Positions 23,310 through 36,001 of a stretch of 64,000 bases of DNA are shown piece after piece; the stretch's first letter is position 1, and every line of letters starts with the position of its first letter. The notes beneath the pieces were generated by a model. The model was not told the DNA's origin, searched no databases, and saw only the letters and a program-made list of their open reading frames with translations. The stretch lies in NCBI RefSeq assembly GCF_001447785.1, contig NW_015160214.1:135993-199992 (forward strand). The letters run 5' to 3'. Both the position numbers and the translations under genes were made by a program. Origin of the DNA: Gekko japonicus. Lineage: Eukaryota.

Positions 23310-25200
23310 CACTGGTCCCCAGCCTTTTTCAGGTCACCACCTCCTTGGTTCCATGAGCTCATCACCAGTGCCCTCTACCCTACCCTATAGAAAGCATTAT
23401 TCAGAAGACCATGAGCCACTAAGGAAGGTAATCACTAACAAATATAATAACAATGAAATTCAGAACAGTGACAATTAATTGTACATTTATTCAAAATCCA
23501 AATTCAACAAAAGTGATTAACTTGATCCCGTGATACCAGCTATTCAGAGTCTGATAGTCATTTAGCAAGAATCTTAGATACATTTGGTAACTAGTTCACT
23601 ATTGAGTAAATTCTTAATGCAGTGATGAAGTGATCACTGATGATGATGAAGTGATACCAGTTTACCAGTGTCTGGTTTAAAGTCACTCAGCAGAAGTCTT
23701 AAATCACCACATTCAGTAATCTGGATTTCTTTGCTTGGAGAGAAATTGGATAACCACAGTAAAACCACATTCCACCAAATGTGATGTTAGAAATGCAAAT
23801 GACCCAAACTCTTGGTATGATTTCTTAGATTAGGCATCAGGTCATTGTCATTTTGTAGCTCAGTTATTTCTTCCTCCACAACCCCAACTTCCTCGGTATC
23901 ATAAAAATGGATTTATCACCCAATCTGGAATTTCCATTGATAGAAAATCTTCTGATTGCTCAGACATATCTTCATGCAGCTTATCCAGAGGGTCACAAAA
24001 AACCTGCAGATCATCGTATCCCACCTTTCTCTTCTAGCTCAGACAGGCTCGGAAAGTAGTATAGCTCACAGCAGCCCATCTTGCATTTGAATAGAGTTAA
24101 CTTTGAAATAAGCGCAGAGACAACAGACTTGGCCTTAGACTGAACTCATTTCCTTGCAACTGCAAATTCATTTCACTGAACTTTGCAAATAGTTGTAATA
24201 AGTAAGCTGTGTAATGCCGGATCTCACTGAGCAAAGCATTCATGTCTTCAAAAAAACTCTACAACAGTGTCAAAAAGGTCATAAAAGCATCTCACGCAGT
24301 TGCCTGTTGATAGCCACGAACTTTATTATGAAGCAGCAAGTTCAAAATTTTCATCATTCTCAACACAAAGCTCCCGGAGTAGTCAGTCACTGAGAGCACA
24401 GGGTTTAATTTTATTCACTGCAGTCAGGGGTCATTTCCTGCAGGAGCGCACAGGAGTGGAGCTCCAGCAGTAAAGAGCGCCATGGGCAGGCATATGCAAC
24501 AAGCCCCACCTCCTGCTCCCAGCAGCTCTCAGTCAGAGCAAGAAGCAGCCCCCTGGTCCAAAACAGTCCAGCGGCACCTTTAAGACCAAGTTTTATTCAG
24601 GTACAAGCTCTCCCTCCTCTGTGAGGACAGATCTGCACGTCCCCTCCCCCGATAGCTAGCAATCCAAAACAGTCCAGTGGAGCCTGAGCGGTGGGTGTTG
24701 CCTTCTGACACACTTCCGGTGATATCAGATGCAAATAAGTTATGCTAATGATGCAAATAAGTTATGCTAATGAGTTATGCTAATGAGCTCCTGTACCTCT
24801 TTTTCTACGAAATTACCCCTGACTGCAGTAGTGACAGTGTGTTATGATTTGTGCAGGCAGTCACTGAGGTTTTTTGCAACCAGATGTTGGCGATGAATAG
24901 CAGGGTATAGTAAAGACGCTTGGCACTGCTTTTTTCAGCTAAGCACACACACCCACAGTGGTGACCCAGTCATTGATGGTGCTCCATCAGTTGTACAAAC
25001 AAGTATGTTAGTAAGTGAAATTTCCTTGTCCTTGAAGAATGCTCAGTAACACAAAATATTGACTCCCTTGTAGTATCTGTTCTTGGTTGCCTTAGATGTG
25101 GGAAAAGTGACATACCTACAGCTCAGTCAGAAGAAGTAAACTAAAGTTGCCAAATTAAAAAATTTGCCTAAAATAACTATTGTCTAAATGAGAAGCTGTA
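23310..25200 (-). mobile_element. Decayed hAT Charlie/Buster-type transposase element in SYS1 intron
   Basis: Minus-strand peptides LVCTTDGAPSMTG, LKKAVPSVFTI..IHRQHLVAKNLS, TAVNKIK..LRELCVENDE, WLS.GNC with stops and frameshifts; boundaries approximate. Confidence 0.8.
24425..24821. mobile_element. hAT MITE family B (CAGGGGTCATTTC ends) inserted in the transposase fossil
   Basis: TIRs CAGGGGTCATTTC / GAAATTACCCCTG; TSD ACTGCAGT; subterminal TATGCTAATGA repeats. Confidence 0.9.
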
Positions 25201-25545
25201 GCTCTAGTGTGATGGTGATTTGTTAACTTCTGGCTCTGTCAAAAACTCAATGGGAGCAATGTAAGATTTGCCTTTAGTAGAGGATAAATGCAGTGGGTTG
25301 GCTCCAACCAGCAGGTGAGAAAGGGAAGACAGGTCCTCTTTGACCAGCCAACAGGGGCTATGCAGGGAATTATGAGAGCTGTGTGGACAAAAGACAAGTG
25401 GGGTGGTGGCTGCAGTAAGAAGAGGAATTGAATGAGGCTGGACGGATCCAACCCAACCATTTCAGATAACTGCTTTCTCGAGTTCCTTGTCTGAATGTTG
25501 TGTTTCAGATTGAATTGCTCTTTTTCCCCCCCTCCCCCTTCACAG

Positions 25546-25786
25546 TGCTGTGGGCTTATTATATTTCGTCCGCCGCGGAAAGCAGTGCTTGGATTTCACA
25601 GTCACCATTCACTTTTTCCACCTGCTGGGCTGCTGGATTTACAATGGCCGCTTTCCCACTGTTCTGACCTGGTGGCTCATACATACTGTGTGCACAGCGC
25701 TCATGGCTGTGATTGGGGAATACCTCTGTATGAGAACTGAAATGAAGGACATTCCATTAAATTCAGTCCCCAAATCCAATGTATAG
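25546..25786 (+). CDS. SYS1: SYS1 last coding exon (AVGLLYFVRRGKQCLDFTVTIHFFHLLGCW...DIPLNSVPKSNV*)
   Basis: Strong acceptor CCCCTTCACAG|T; 162+68+241 = 471 nt = 156 aa + stop, same length as human SYS1. Confidence 0.98.
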
Positions 25787-28465
25787 ATGTCCTGTCTCTT
25801 CTGGTCGGCTTCTACGTCTTGGTGCTAACGTGTGGCACATGAGGTTAGAGCTAAAGAAAGTAAGCAGGGCTGTACTGACTTTTTTGAAGATAGCAGTGGC
25901 TGCAAGAATGAAGTTTTGCGGATCCCCTGAACAAGATGAACAAAGCAGATATTTCATTTTGACGAGACCCACCTTATCACCTTTACAAGAGGACATGCCC
26001 ACATGGCTCATGGCACAGGTCAGATCCAGTTCTGGAAAACAACATGTACAAGTAAAAACAGGAGTTACACATCTTTTGAGCGATGTGGACTGGGTTGTGG
26101 CGACGAGAGCTTTCCTTTTTCTGCAGTAGAAGGTGTAGCCTTCTGGAGATCTCTGTAGACATCGAGCAGTATTCTGTGAACTGTTTGGAGTTAGCGCTTT
26201 GTTTCTCCTGGACACCCAACATCTGTTTGATTTTAGCTGGCCTTCTTGATTTAAAAACTGAGGGGATAAAAGAGTGTCGGAGGACAGGCTGCCATACTTC
26301 AGAGCCAGCAAGCTGTGATCCCAGACCGCTTGGTTTCTTTTGCCACTCGAACACAGGCAAAGGAGGACATGACTGCGTTTGTTTGAGTGGAAGAATTTAA
26401 AAGATAGTAACAATAGAAACTTATTTTTCCATCAGAGTATTATAGGTCACTGGTTGGACATGGTTACGCTGTTGCTTTGTGCATCAGCAGGGAGAAAGGC
26501 ACACCATTCGAAAAGCTGTGCCTCCCCCCCCCCCCCAGCTTCAACGTAGGAGACAGCCAGTCTCAAGGCTGAAGGTGGAGGGGTAGCTGTCACTCATTAC
26601 AAGTGCTGAATTCTAAGCTAGACATACTTCAGATGAGCCTCTGCAACATGCATCACCATGGAGATGCAAACCTTTTCTCCGATGATCAGATTCTGTTCTC
26701 TGTAACCAAGGACCCATGTTGTTCTGCGTTACAGGCACAGTTAGCTGGTGTCTTCATAGTACCACCATTTGCTTTGTATACAGCATCAGTAGTCTCCTAT
26801 GGACAGAGGCTTAAGCAGCTACATGACGGCCCATGTTCAGTGCAGCCATGGGAAGGTTGGTCAGTATCGGGCCCAGGCATCAGTGGATTTATCTGGCTTT
26901 TTAACTACGGACGTTGCTTCATTTGAGTCATATCACTGAGATTTCATTTGTATATAAATATTTGTGAACACTATTAGTTTGTATAAGTTATACTGGTAAA
27001 TTAATACTCACTTTGTAAAGACTGGAGAGATAATTTTGTGAACAGGAATTTGATAAATCGTCTCAAAACGTTCTGATGGGTTTCTGTACATACTCTGTAG
27101 CTGGCAACCCTTTGCACATAGCTCTTGTCCTAGATTAAATATTTACTCTGCCTTGCGTTGGGAAGAAGGCAGCTGTTTTCTTGCCCTGCTGTTATGGTCA
27201 AGTGAACCCATCAGAATCAAAATTCGCCTCTTTCAAGGTTTGATCAGGCACATGCAATATACCCATTTTCCCCCAGCAGGTGGCACTGTTTTCTTCTTGG
27301 TTAGCTTTAATGTTTTGCAAAATACTCCTAAATCCTGTTGTAAACTGTCTTTTAAGAAATCCGTTTGCAGTTTATTATGCAGCATACCATGAAAACCCAT
27401 TCCTCTTGAATATCCCAAAATAGCATCCCTGTGGAAGCAGCATTTAGCCAAGTATGGTCAGCTAGGTGCTCCAAGGCCCTTGGCAGGTGACTTACCTATG
27501 GAGATTCCAGGCTTAGCGCCTTAATCGTTATGCAGGCAAAGCACGTGCTCTTCCAGTGGGCCAATAATTGCCAAAGACTGTATGGATGGCTGATGCTGCA
27601 TTTGGCCACCAGGAATGAAGGCTGCAGACTAGGAGATGTGACACTTTTGAGGCAGATGCTTTTGAAGAAAGCTTTGCCTGAGATAGCAGAAAGCAGTTAT
27701 TGGCAGGAGGGGGGTTAACTCCACCCTTCCTCCAAGGAGTTCAGTTTGGCTTACCTGACACACACACACACCCCATTTTATCCTAATGACAAGAGGTCTG
27801 GTCTACCATTGAAAAAGGTCTCCAACTGACCCTGAACTGACTTGGTGTCAGCAGCCAATTGTCAGCGCTGCTGGCAGCTCCAGGGTCACACGGCACCCCA
27901 AAGTGGCCAAGGGGCCTTCCTGCCTCTTGATGGCCCTGCCGCTGCTATCGAAGATGACAGAGCTTACCCTGACAGTAGGAGAGTGGTGGGCAGGCCAGTG
28001 GGCAATCTAGCAGGCTCCTCATCTCCCATGAGGCTTGGCTCAGAATTCCCACAGGGCAACCAAGGGAAAGCGCCTTACAGGTGAGAGTTGAGCTTTGGGC
28101 CAGGTCTACCCCCACAGAAAATAATGCCCCTCTAAATGTAAAGGCCCAAGGCCCAGCTCTCACCTGTAAGGTGGGCAACTTCCCCTTAGTCTCCCCCTCC
28201 TAGTTTTAGTTCCGTGTGGGGAAGGGCATGCATGCTTTTTATTAACTATCAAGGGTATTCTGATATTTCCTAAATGACTTTCTGATATAACAACAGTCCC
28301 AACATTTAGCAAGAAGCATGTCCTTTCCTATATGGAATTAAAGCAATTGTTTTTTACTTGTATGCCCCTAATCTGAAGTGTTTTGAAAACTTGGAGCGAC
28401 ATCAATGCTTAGGTATTATTATCTGGGCCAATCAGGGTTTGTAAATTACTATGAAAACTTTTGAA

Positions 28466-28578
28466 CAAAGTTTGAGTCCAGTGGCACCTTTAAGACCAAC
28501 AAAGTGTAATTCTGGGTGTAAGCTTTCGTGTCCTTTGTTGGTCTTAAAGGTGCCACTGGACTCAAGCTTTATTCTGTA
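28466..28578. mobile_element. Penelope-like inverted-repeat remnant
   Basis: 38-bp inverted arms (28467-28504 / 28533-28570, one mismatch) containing GAGTCCAGTGGCACCTTTAAGACCAAC; flanked by 12-bp direct repeat AAAACTTTTGAA. Confidence 0.75.
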
Positions 28579-30317
28579 AAAACTTTTGAATTACATAAAA
28601 CTCTCCCTCTGGCCAGAAGTTTTAAAAAATGAAAGAAGGTGGCAAAGGGGGAAATGTTCATATGTGAGGATGCAGTAAAAAACCCACGTAAGGTGGCAGA
28701 AAAAGAAGCCCTTGCCAGTTTAGGCTACAGTTCTGTGCAGGCATACTTGGAAGTTAAATCTCATTGAATTAAGTCTGGGTTAAACTCTAGATTGCTATTG
28801 TGTGTGGCGGATTTGAATGTCAACCTGTTTTTGAATGGAGGTGTCATATTTGGGGGAGGGGAGTTTTCCCCAAAGAAGATTGTTCTTCCTCCATCTCAGT
28901 TTCCATTTTTCATATATTTGTGTTCCTTTCTGCTGCATATTCACTGGTTTGGAGCAGGTGAATGGCAGATGGCTCCCTTTCCTTAATGAAGCTAGTCTAG
29001 CACTGGCCCTGGAGGGTTGTCCTCAGTGAGGGAGAGGGCTTCTGCAACACCCACTTCCGTTGCCAGGCCCATTGGCCAAACCCCAAACATTTAATCCAGA
29101 GTTGCTAAATCAAGGAAGACATTTTTAGAGAGCTGTGGCAACAGTCTGAAGAGGGATTTGCCAAGGAGTCGATGCTGTGATTGGGGTACACTGAACTTGG
29201 GTGGTGTTACAGAAGGTCTGCTGTTGGTCTTGAAAGGCTCCTGCCCTTAAGTTTCCTTTTGGCTAGCTTTTTCATTTTTCTGTCCCCAAACCACCACCAC
29301 TACCCCAAGGAGCTCAGGGTTCTGCATGCTTTTCCTTTCCTCAGTTTTATCCCTGTAAAGATAATACATGAAGAAGGTTATTCTGAACCAGCTGCTTTGA
29401 AGATGGGGAGAAAAGTGGGAGATCTGTTCATGGGTATTGTAACACCTCTTGTGTTTTAGTCCTTAGAATGACAAGGCGTCTTACCCCATGACTATTTGCT
29501 AAAGAGGCTGGAATGTTTTCCAGTGGGAAGAATTTACCATACCATTATCCTTAAATGTATGTGAGAAGAGAAAAAATGATTGTCAGGGAGAAAAGGTGAT
29601 ACAGATTGGCGTGTTAAGCAGTGCAAAAGGTCCATGTTTATTAGTAAGCTTGCTGTTCCATCAACCATCTTTGGTCCAGAGGGCTTCATGATCACACTCT
29701 CAGGCTCTAGGATGCGGTAGGGTCAGGTTTTACCTTTCTCAGGTGGTCGTCTGTCCCAAAGCATGATTGCAGATGAGCTGATCCTGGGAATAACCAGTTG
29801 AGTGCCCCAAAATGTAGCCACGAGTTGTGTCAATAAATATCCCCTGTGATTACTTCCAGGTTGAACTGAATCCAAGTGAATTTGGTTCTTTAGAGAAAGC
29901 CTGTACCATTCCATGACATTATCCAGCAACTCCATTTGCACCTAAGGGTGCTTCTGAACCATGAACTTCTAGGTACTTCTGCCAAAACATATCCAAATGA
30001 GCAGGCAAAGCTGCACAGAGCAGGGATTTGAGCTCCCGTCTTTGTCCCAGAATCGGCATCTCAGGCTTCTTAAATCTACCATCAATGTGCAATCTCACTT
30101 AGGCAAGATCGAATTGGAGCCGTTGCTAAATATACTGTTGATGACACAGTTTAGTTGGGGGGGGGGCACTAAAGATTAGAAAATGCTACGGATTTTTCCA
30201 CAGACACAGGAAATTGGTCAAACACACACAGACACAAATAACCTAACTATATTTAATCAAATATTTGGGTGGAGGGCATATAATTGCACAGATGTTGGAA
30301 TTTCAGCACTTTTCCCT

Positions 30318-30534
30318 TTATAAATTAAGCCAAGTGACCATTGAAGTGATGCTTAACAGCAATATATGTGAAATTTGCACGGCGCTGGAATTCTGCAAGG
30401 CGCAGAGGTCAAATAGGCTGCCTTGGAATTGGATTTTCTTGGATTCCCTTTTCAGCATCTCCCAGACAGCTGCAGCCTCCCGCTGGCACTCCCACAGGGC
30501 TGTCATAGCGCAGGTGTGAAACTCATCCCAATAT
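30318..30534 (-). CDS. Neuritin-like protein, exon 3 (YWDEFHTCAMTALWECQREAAAVWEMLKRESKKIQFQGSLFDLC...MVTWLNL*)
   Basis: Acceptor CTCCTTTCCTGCAG|A, phase 2; aligns to NRN1 [44 protein letters not shown]; hydrophobic GPI-type C-terminus. Confidence 0.95.
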
Positions 30535-32068
30535 CTGCAGGAAAGGAGTAAAGAGGAGACCATTAGTGCCTTCCTGTGAAATGAAGCAGAGAAGCCACAG
30601 CTTGTTTTTAAAGTAGAATGCATACCCTGATGTTGAAGCTGTGTGTTTATTACCAGATTAGGGTCTGCTCCTCCCTTTTCTGGAGTGCCTTTCCCCACCC
30701 TCAAAAGATGAGTTATTGAAGTCTACAAGTACTTTATAGAGGGTTTCTGCAATATAAATAACTGTTCTTGTGTGACTTGAGATGAACACAAACCTTCCGG
30801 TGCAGAATCTGCCTCTATGCAAAAGAAGTACATTGTGGGCCATTTAAGGCAGGGCCTCCTGAGTAACCCCTGCAAGAGACTAGCGTTGTTATCCTCACTG
30901 TCAGCATCTTAATATATATATGGAGTGGCTTGCACACTGAAAATGCTACATAAGTGCTATTATCACAGTAATACTTGAAACAACCTTGTAAGGTAGGCCA
31001 GTATTTCAACAGCCTTGGAAGGTAGGGCGGAGAGGGTAGTTTGCTTAAAGCCTCCACCTAGTGAGTTCATGGCAAGATGACCTTTGAACCAGGACTTTCC
31101 TTTGCTTTTGAACAGATCAACACAGCTTAAGACAAGGATATTATGATAGATGTCCAAAGGCGCTTGGTGCTATGAACACACAAGGCAGTGTTTTGTGTAG
31201 AAGGTGGGAAATCTCAGGACAGCTATCAGGATAGGTGTAAGTTGCTTTCTGAAATCCTCAGTGTATATTGTAACCTGTCCAGAGCTCCAATGTGGCCTTA
31301 GCAACCCCCAATTCAATGCAGAAATTGCATTGTCAGTTTATATGTTAGTTGACAATGCTGACAGCTTGCCAAGATGCATCACAGAGTCTCCTGCTATTAA
31401 ACCATGAATTTCTTCTCTCTTACGTTCCCCCGACTGCCTCTGTGCTAAGGGTAAGAAGAACACCATTAGATAAACTAATGTACTCCTTGATTTGTGGTAG
31501 CCATTTCATGCAACCAAGATATCCTATGATAATTGTGGTTGCATGAATTGCTCCTTAGTTGTGCCTGCGCTATCTCGGCCCTGATTCTCACAATGTATAT
31601 GATTAATGTGCAAAGGAAATGGTGGTGTTGGTAGCAATGATGGTAATGATGCTTCTGGAAGTGATTGGTTGAACTTCCTTGACACCACAGAGGAGCAGGG
31701 CAGGCAGGTGTTGAATATGAGAGAGTGATGGTGAGACACTTAGGAAAAACAGGTGCTGAAAAGGTTGAACAATGTTCATTGAACAATGCTAGCCAAAGGA
31801 TCTAGCAAAAGCCTGCTGGAGGAAGAAAGAGATTCAAATAAATAAGAGGGAGGGGAAGGGCGGAGGGATACATATGAGATGAGAAAGAAATAAAGAACTG
31901 CTAATGTTCCCTTATCTCTCTGATGAGCAGCCACGTTGTGGCTTCTGAAAACCCTCAGACATCTTATTTAATAGGACCGGCATGACAGGCCTTTTCTACC
32001 AACTGAGAGGTGCCACACGGCCTCTTATGATTCTGAGGAACCAGGTTTGTTTTAAACTGTAAACCTTC

Positions 32069-32410
32069 CAGAGGTCATTTCGGGGGGGAACGCGGGGGAA
32101 CGCAGTTCCCCCGGGTGAGGTGCAGGGGGGCGGGGCACATGACGAAGCCCCGCCCCCTGCTTCCGGCCGCCCTGCTTCCAGCCCTCATTCAGCCAGGAGG
32201 AGGCAGGAGGAGAGGGAGGGTAAGTTGCTTCCTCCCCGCCTCTCCCCACCCCTGCCTGCCTGGGGCCAGGGAGGGCCTTGGCGGGGCTTCCTCGCACTCC
32301 CGCTGGCCTTGCAGGTCCACCGCCGGGCCCCTGATGTCAGGGTGTGTGGCATATGCTAATGAGTTATGCTAATGAGTTCCCCTAGCTCTTTTTCTACGAA
32401 ATGACCCCTG
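32069..32410. mobile_element. hAT MITE family B
   Basis: TIRs CAGAGGTCATTTCG / CGAAATGACCCCTG; TSD AAACCTTC. Confidence 0.9.
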
Positions 32411-34177
32411 AAACCTTCCCCTCAGCTACCAGATGTTCTTAAGGTAGCAAGTATTTAGGCTTTGAGTTTGCTGTCATGAGGTAAGTTTTGTGGTGAGCAA
32501 GTAGAACACAGAGATCACTGAAGCAGGAATTGTATGTAAACAGCAAAGATTTATTTATTTGCAGGGTGGTTTTAAAGAATATATAGCATAACTCCAAATC
32601 GTCAAAGAAGAAACCTGGCTGAGACACGTAAATTTAACCTAGGTATGGCTTCCGAGTGTGTTCTGAATTCTCTTTAATGTTTACAGGCACAAGCAGACTT
32701 CCATTGACTAGCCGTCAGGCTGGATCCTCTCTCTCACACACAGGATTCCACCCACACCAGCCTGCCGTTTCCCAAGAGTCAGATTTAAATGGTGTAAAGG
32801 TCTGCTCATTACCAAAAACAGTCCTAACTCTATTCTCTCCCAGAGGCAGAGTCAAACCACTTTGCCACGCTACCAGGCAGAGCTACCCTTCAAACTGTCT
32901 CCTCTTTTACTGAGGCAGACCCAAACTATCGCTGCACTCTTCTTGAGGTAGATCTGAACTAACGTCCTGCTGTGCTTCCCTCCAACATTGGATTCCCCCT
33001 CTGAAAGATGATTGGATGCTGAAGCAGCACCCGCAGAAGGTCAGCTGAGTGGCTGGGTTTTTTTCCTTTGGGGGCAGGACAGCTTCCTGTCCATCACAAC
33101 TGGCTGCAGGGTTTGGGGGTTTTCTGGCAAATTTCCTTCTAATCCCCACCACCACCACCATGCACCTGCCCAGGAAAACACACACAAACCCTGGACTGAC
33201 ATTCTAACTGCTAAAGACATCACTGGCTTTCCCAATTTGTGTAGGGACAAGACAGGCGACAATGTATTCCCTGGCACAATGTTTTGTGTCCTTATGTCAA
33301 CTTGCCAAAAACATCTTCCTTGTGAAAATGTTTGATGATAATCCTCAATACTGTAGTACCCAAGTGGAGCTTTCAACAACACCAGACCTTGTTTGTCAGG
33401 AAGTCCTCCTTCACCTCTCCTATGCAAGTATCAAAATAGCAATAATTTTGATCTCAGGATATTTATCCAAATGCCAGCTGTAAAGGGGCTCATTAAATAG
33501 AACTACTGTGGCAGAATAAACACTGAGAGAAAATAATGAGAAGGGGCAGTGCCAGACAAAGTGAACTCATCTGGGATTGTTAGAGACTTGAAGCAGCTTA
33601 ATTGAGGAAGGGGAAGCAAATTGGAGGGACAGCAAGTCAGTCAGGGAACACTTAAAAATTCACATTTCAAGCAAGAAAGGGGAGGAGAGTCACTTTCAGT
33701 AGCATTTCCCTCTGCCCTTTTCAGCTTGGTAATTGCAGTTCCCAGCATGCTTCACTTTCTGCACTGTCCACCTGTTCAGTGAGACAGACCATGGTCACAC
33801 TGTCTTGTTGGTCTTGGGCTCTGAGAGAATTTTGCACCAGTAAATTGGACTCATAAAAACATTAGAGAAGCCATGTTGGATCAGGCCAATGGCCCATCCA
33901 GTCCAACGCTCTGTGTCACACGGTGGCCAAAACCCACATGCCATCAGGAGGTTCACCAGCAGGGCCAGAACTCCAGAAGCACTCCCACTGTTGCCCACCA
34001 AGCACCAAGAATACAGAGCATCATTGCCCCAGACATAGTGTAGCAGGGAGCACTGCAACCAGGGTGGCCACACAAGGCCTTGGCCTCACGAGGGCCACGG
34101 GATGGACAGCGGTGGACCCATACCCGGCTGGACAACCGATGCCCGGTCACAAGTCGAAACAAAAGAGGCATCGTGAC

Positions 34178-34383
34178 CAATGCTCCCTCTAAGCAGTGGA
34201 GTCTTGTGAGCAAAAATTCTACTTTGTGAGCTCCTGGCATTAAAGTTGTGAGCGAGCAATTTGGCTACTGCATAAATTAGTGTGTTCTGGAGCCATCCTT
34301 CCTGAGCTAAGACAAAAATGTGTAAGCCGGATGCTAAAAAACTGTGAGCTAGCTCACACTAACTCATCTTAGAGGGAACACTG
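34178..34383. mobile_element. hAT MITE family A
   Basis: TSD ATCGTGAC. Confidence 0.9.
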
Positions 34384-34552
34384 ATCGTGACCCCAAGACA
34401 CTGAGCCAGGCCTGCCCCTTAGAGTAGGAAGAATCAGCAAACGATGGCCCAGGTGCTCATCAGGACAGCAATACGCTGACTCCGGAGCCGCATTCAGCAC
34501 CTCAGCTGGGCATTGGGGCTTAAAAAGGGAGTGGGGCCAGATTGGGGGGGGG

Positions 34553-34819
34553 GGAGCAGGAGATTGGATTTATACCCCGCCCTTCACTTGGAGTCTCAGA
34601 GCGGCTTACAATCTCCTTTCCCTTTCCCTCCCCACAACAGACACCCTGTGAGGTAGGTGGGGCTGAGAGAGCTCTTGACAGAACTGTCCTTGAGAGAACA
34701 GCTCTTGTCAGAACTATGGCTTGCCCAAGGTCATCCAGCAGCTGCAAGTGGAGGAGTGGGGAATCAAACCCGGTTCTCCCAGATAAGAGTCCGTGCACTT
34801 AACCACTACACCAAACTGG
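34553..34819 (-). mobile_element. Squam3-like SINE
   Basis: Same head and tail as other copies. Confidence 0.85.
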
Positions 34820-35446
34820 GAGGGCTAAGGGCTAAACAAGGGGGTGGGGATGGGATGAGGAGAGGGATATAAGGGAGGCACACAGAGAGAGGTCAGGAAG
34901 GAGATGGCTGGAGACCCAGGACAAGCCCAGAGAGAATGGCAGCAAGGGCTCCAGTAGACTGGCGTGGAGGGGGTAAAGTAACCTCCCTCCCCCAGTCATT
35001 TCCGAGACCTCAGGTGCCTCCCGGGTTAAAGGAAAGGGCCTTGCCAGAGTGGCAAGGGTCCTTTGTGGACCTCAAGGTGGAAGAGGGCCATCTACTGCCC
35101 AAGGAACATCATCCAGGGCAATGGTGAACGGAGGTGGCCCCCTGGCGAAGGAGGCAGGGCTTGACAGCTAAAGAGCCCTAACCTTTTAAACCTTTCCTCA
35201 TAGGGAAGGTGTTCCATCCCCTTAATCATTTTAGTTGCCCTTTTATACACCTTTTCCAATGCCATAATCTCTTTTTTTGAGGTATGGTGACCAGAACTGT
35301 ACACAGTACTCCAAATGAGGCTGCATTGTAGATTTATACAGTGGTATTATGGTACTAGCTGATTTGAGTTCAGTGCCCTTTGTAATAATCCTCAGCATAG
35401 CGTTTTGCCTTTAAAAAAAAATTGCATTCACAAGTTGACATATTCA

Positions 35447-36001
35447 GGCCCCGGTCACACGGAGCATTAGGCACGCTAGAGAGACGGAAGATAGGCGGAT
35501 TTTCTGGGTGCGATCTCACCACCACATCTGGGAAGCGTAGAGCTCCCGTGGCGCACCCGAGGCTTCCCGCCGAAGATGCGGGGTAAAAAACTAGTACCTC
35601 GGAGGTACTAGTTTCCGGAAACAGCGGGGCAAGGGCGGGCCTCTGATCGCGTTTCCGGTGGTAGTTCCGGCACCTGCCCATGTCCCCTCGCAAAAAGGTT
35701 TCCCCCCCCAAGTCTCCACGGATGCTCACAAGCACACAACGGAGCATGGCTGGGTGCCGTAACAATAAAATTCATTCATTCAACGGAGCATGTACACATT
35801 TCAGTTTTAAAAAAACCCACAACCCCGTTTGCCACGTCGCTCCGCTTCTTTGCCGCGTTGTGTGATCGGCACCTCCCCCCTAACCACGGGAGCTCTATGG
35901 GACCTCAACCCGATGCCTGATCCTGCAGTCGCACGTTAGTTTGCTCTGGGGCAAACAGCCACGCCTTCCCCCCGCATTTTCCTGCCCGTGTGGCCGAGGC
36001 C
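35447..36001. mobile_element. CpG-rich PIF/Harbinger-like MITE in the CR1
   Basis: TIRs GGCCCCGGTCACACGG / CCGTGTGGCCGAGGCC; 3-bp TSD TCA; CR1 is contiguous when it is removed. Confidence 0.8.

Larger units (their letters stand above)
34039..35166. mobile_element. LTR-like insert (TG...CA) inside the CR1
   Basis: Begins TGTAGCAGGG, ends GGGCTTGACA, interrupts CR1 sequence; no TSD seen. Confidence 0.4.

Noticed and set aside
25763-26413. 216-aa antisense ORF and 116-aa sense ORF in the SYS1 3' UTR
   Set aside because: No recognisable homology or exon structure; the antisense ORF has a non-ATG start; consistent with chance.
34493-34512. REST/RE1 site (TTCAGCACC) in the neuritin-like intron; also 31752
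   Set aside because: Only the left half-site; no GGACAG half.
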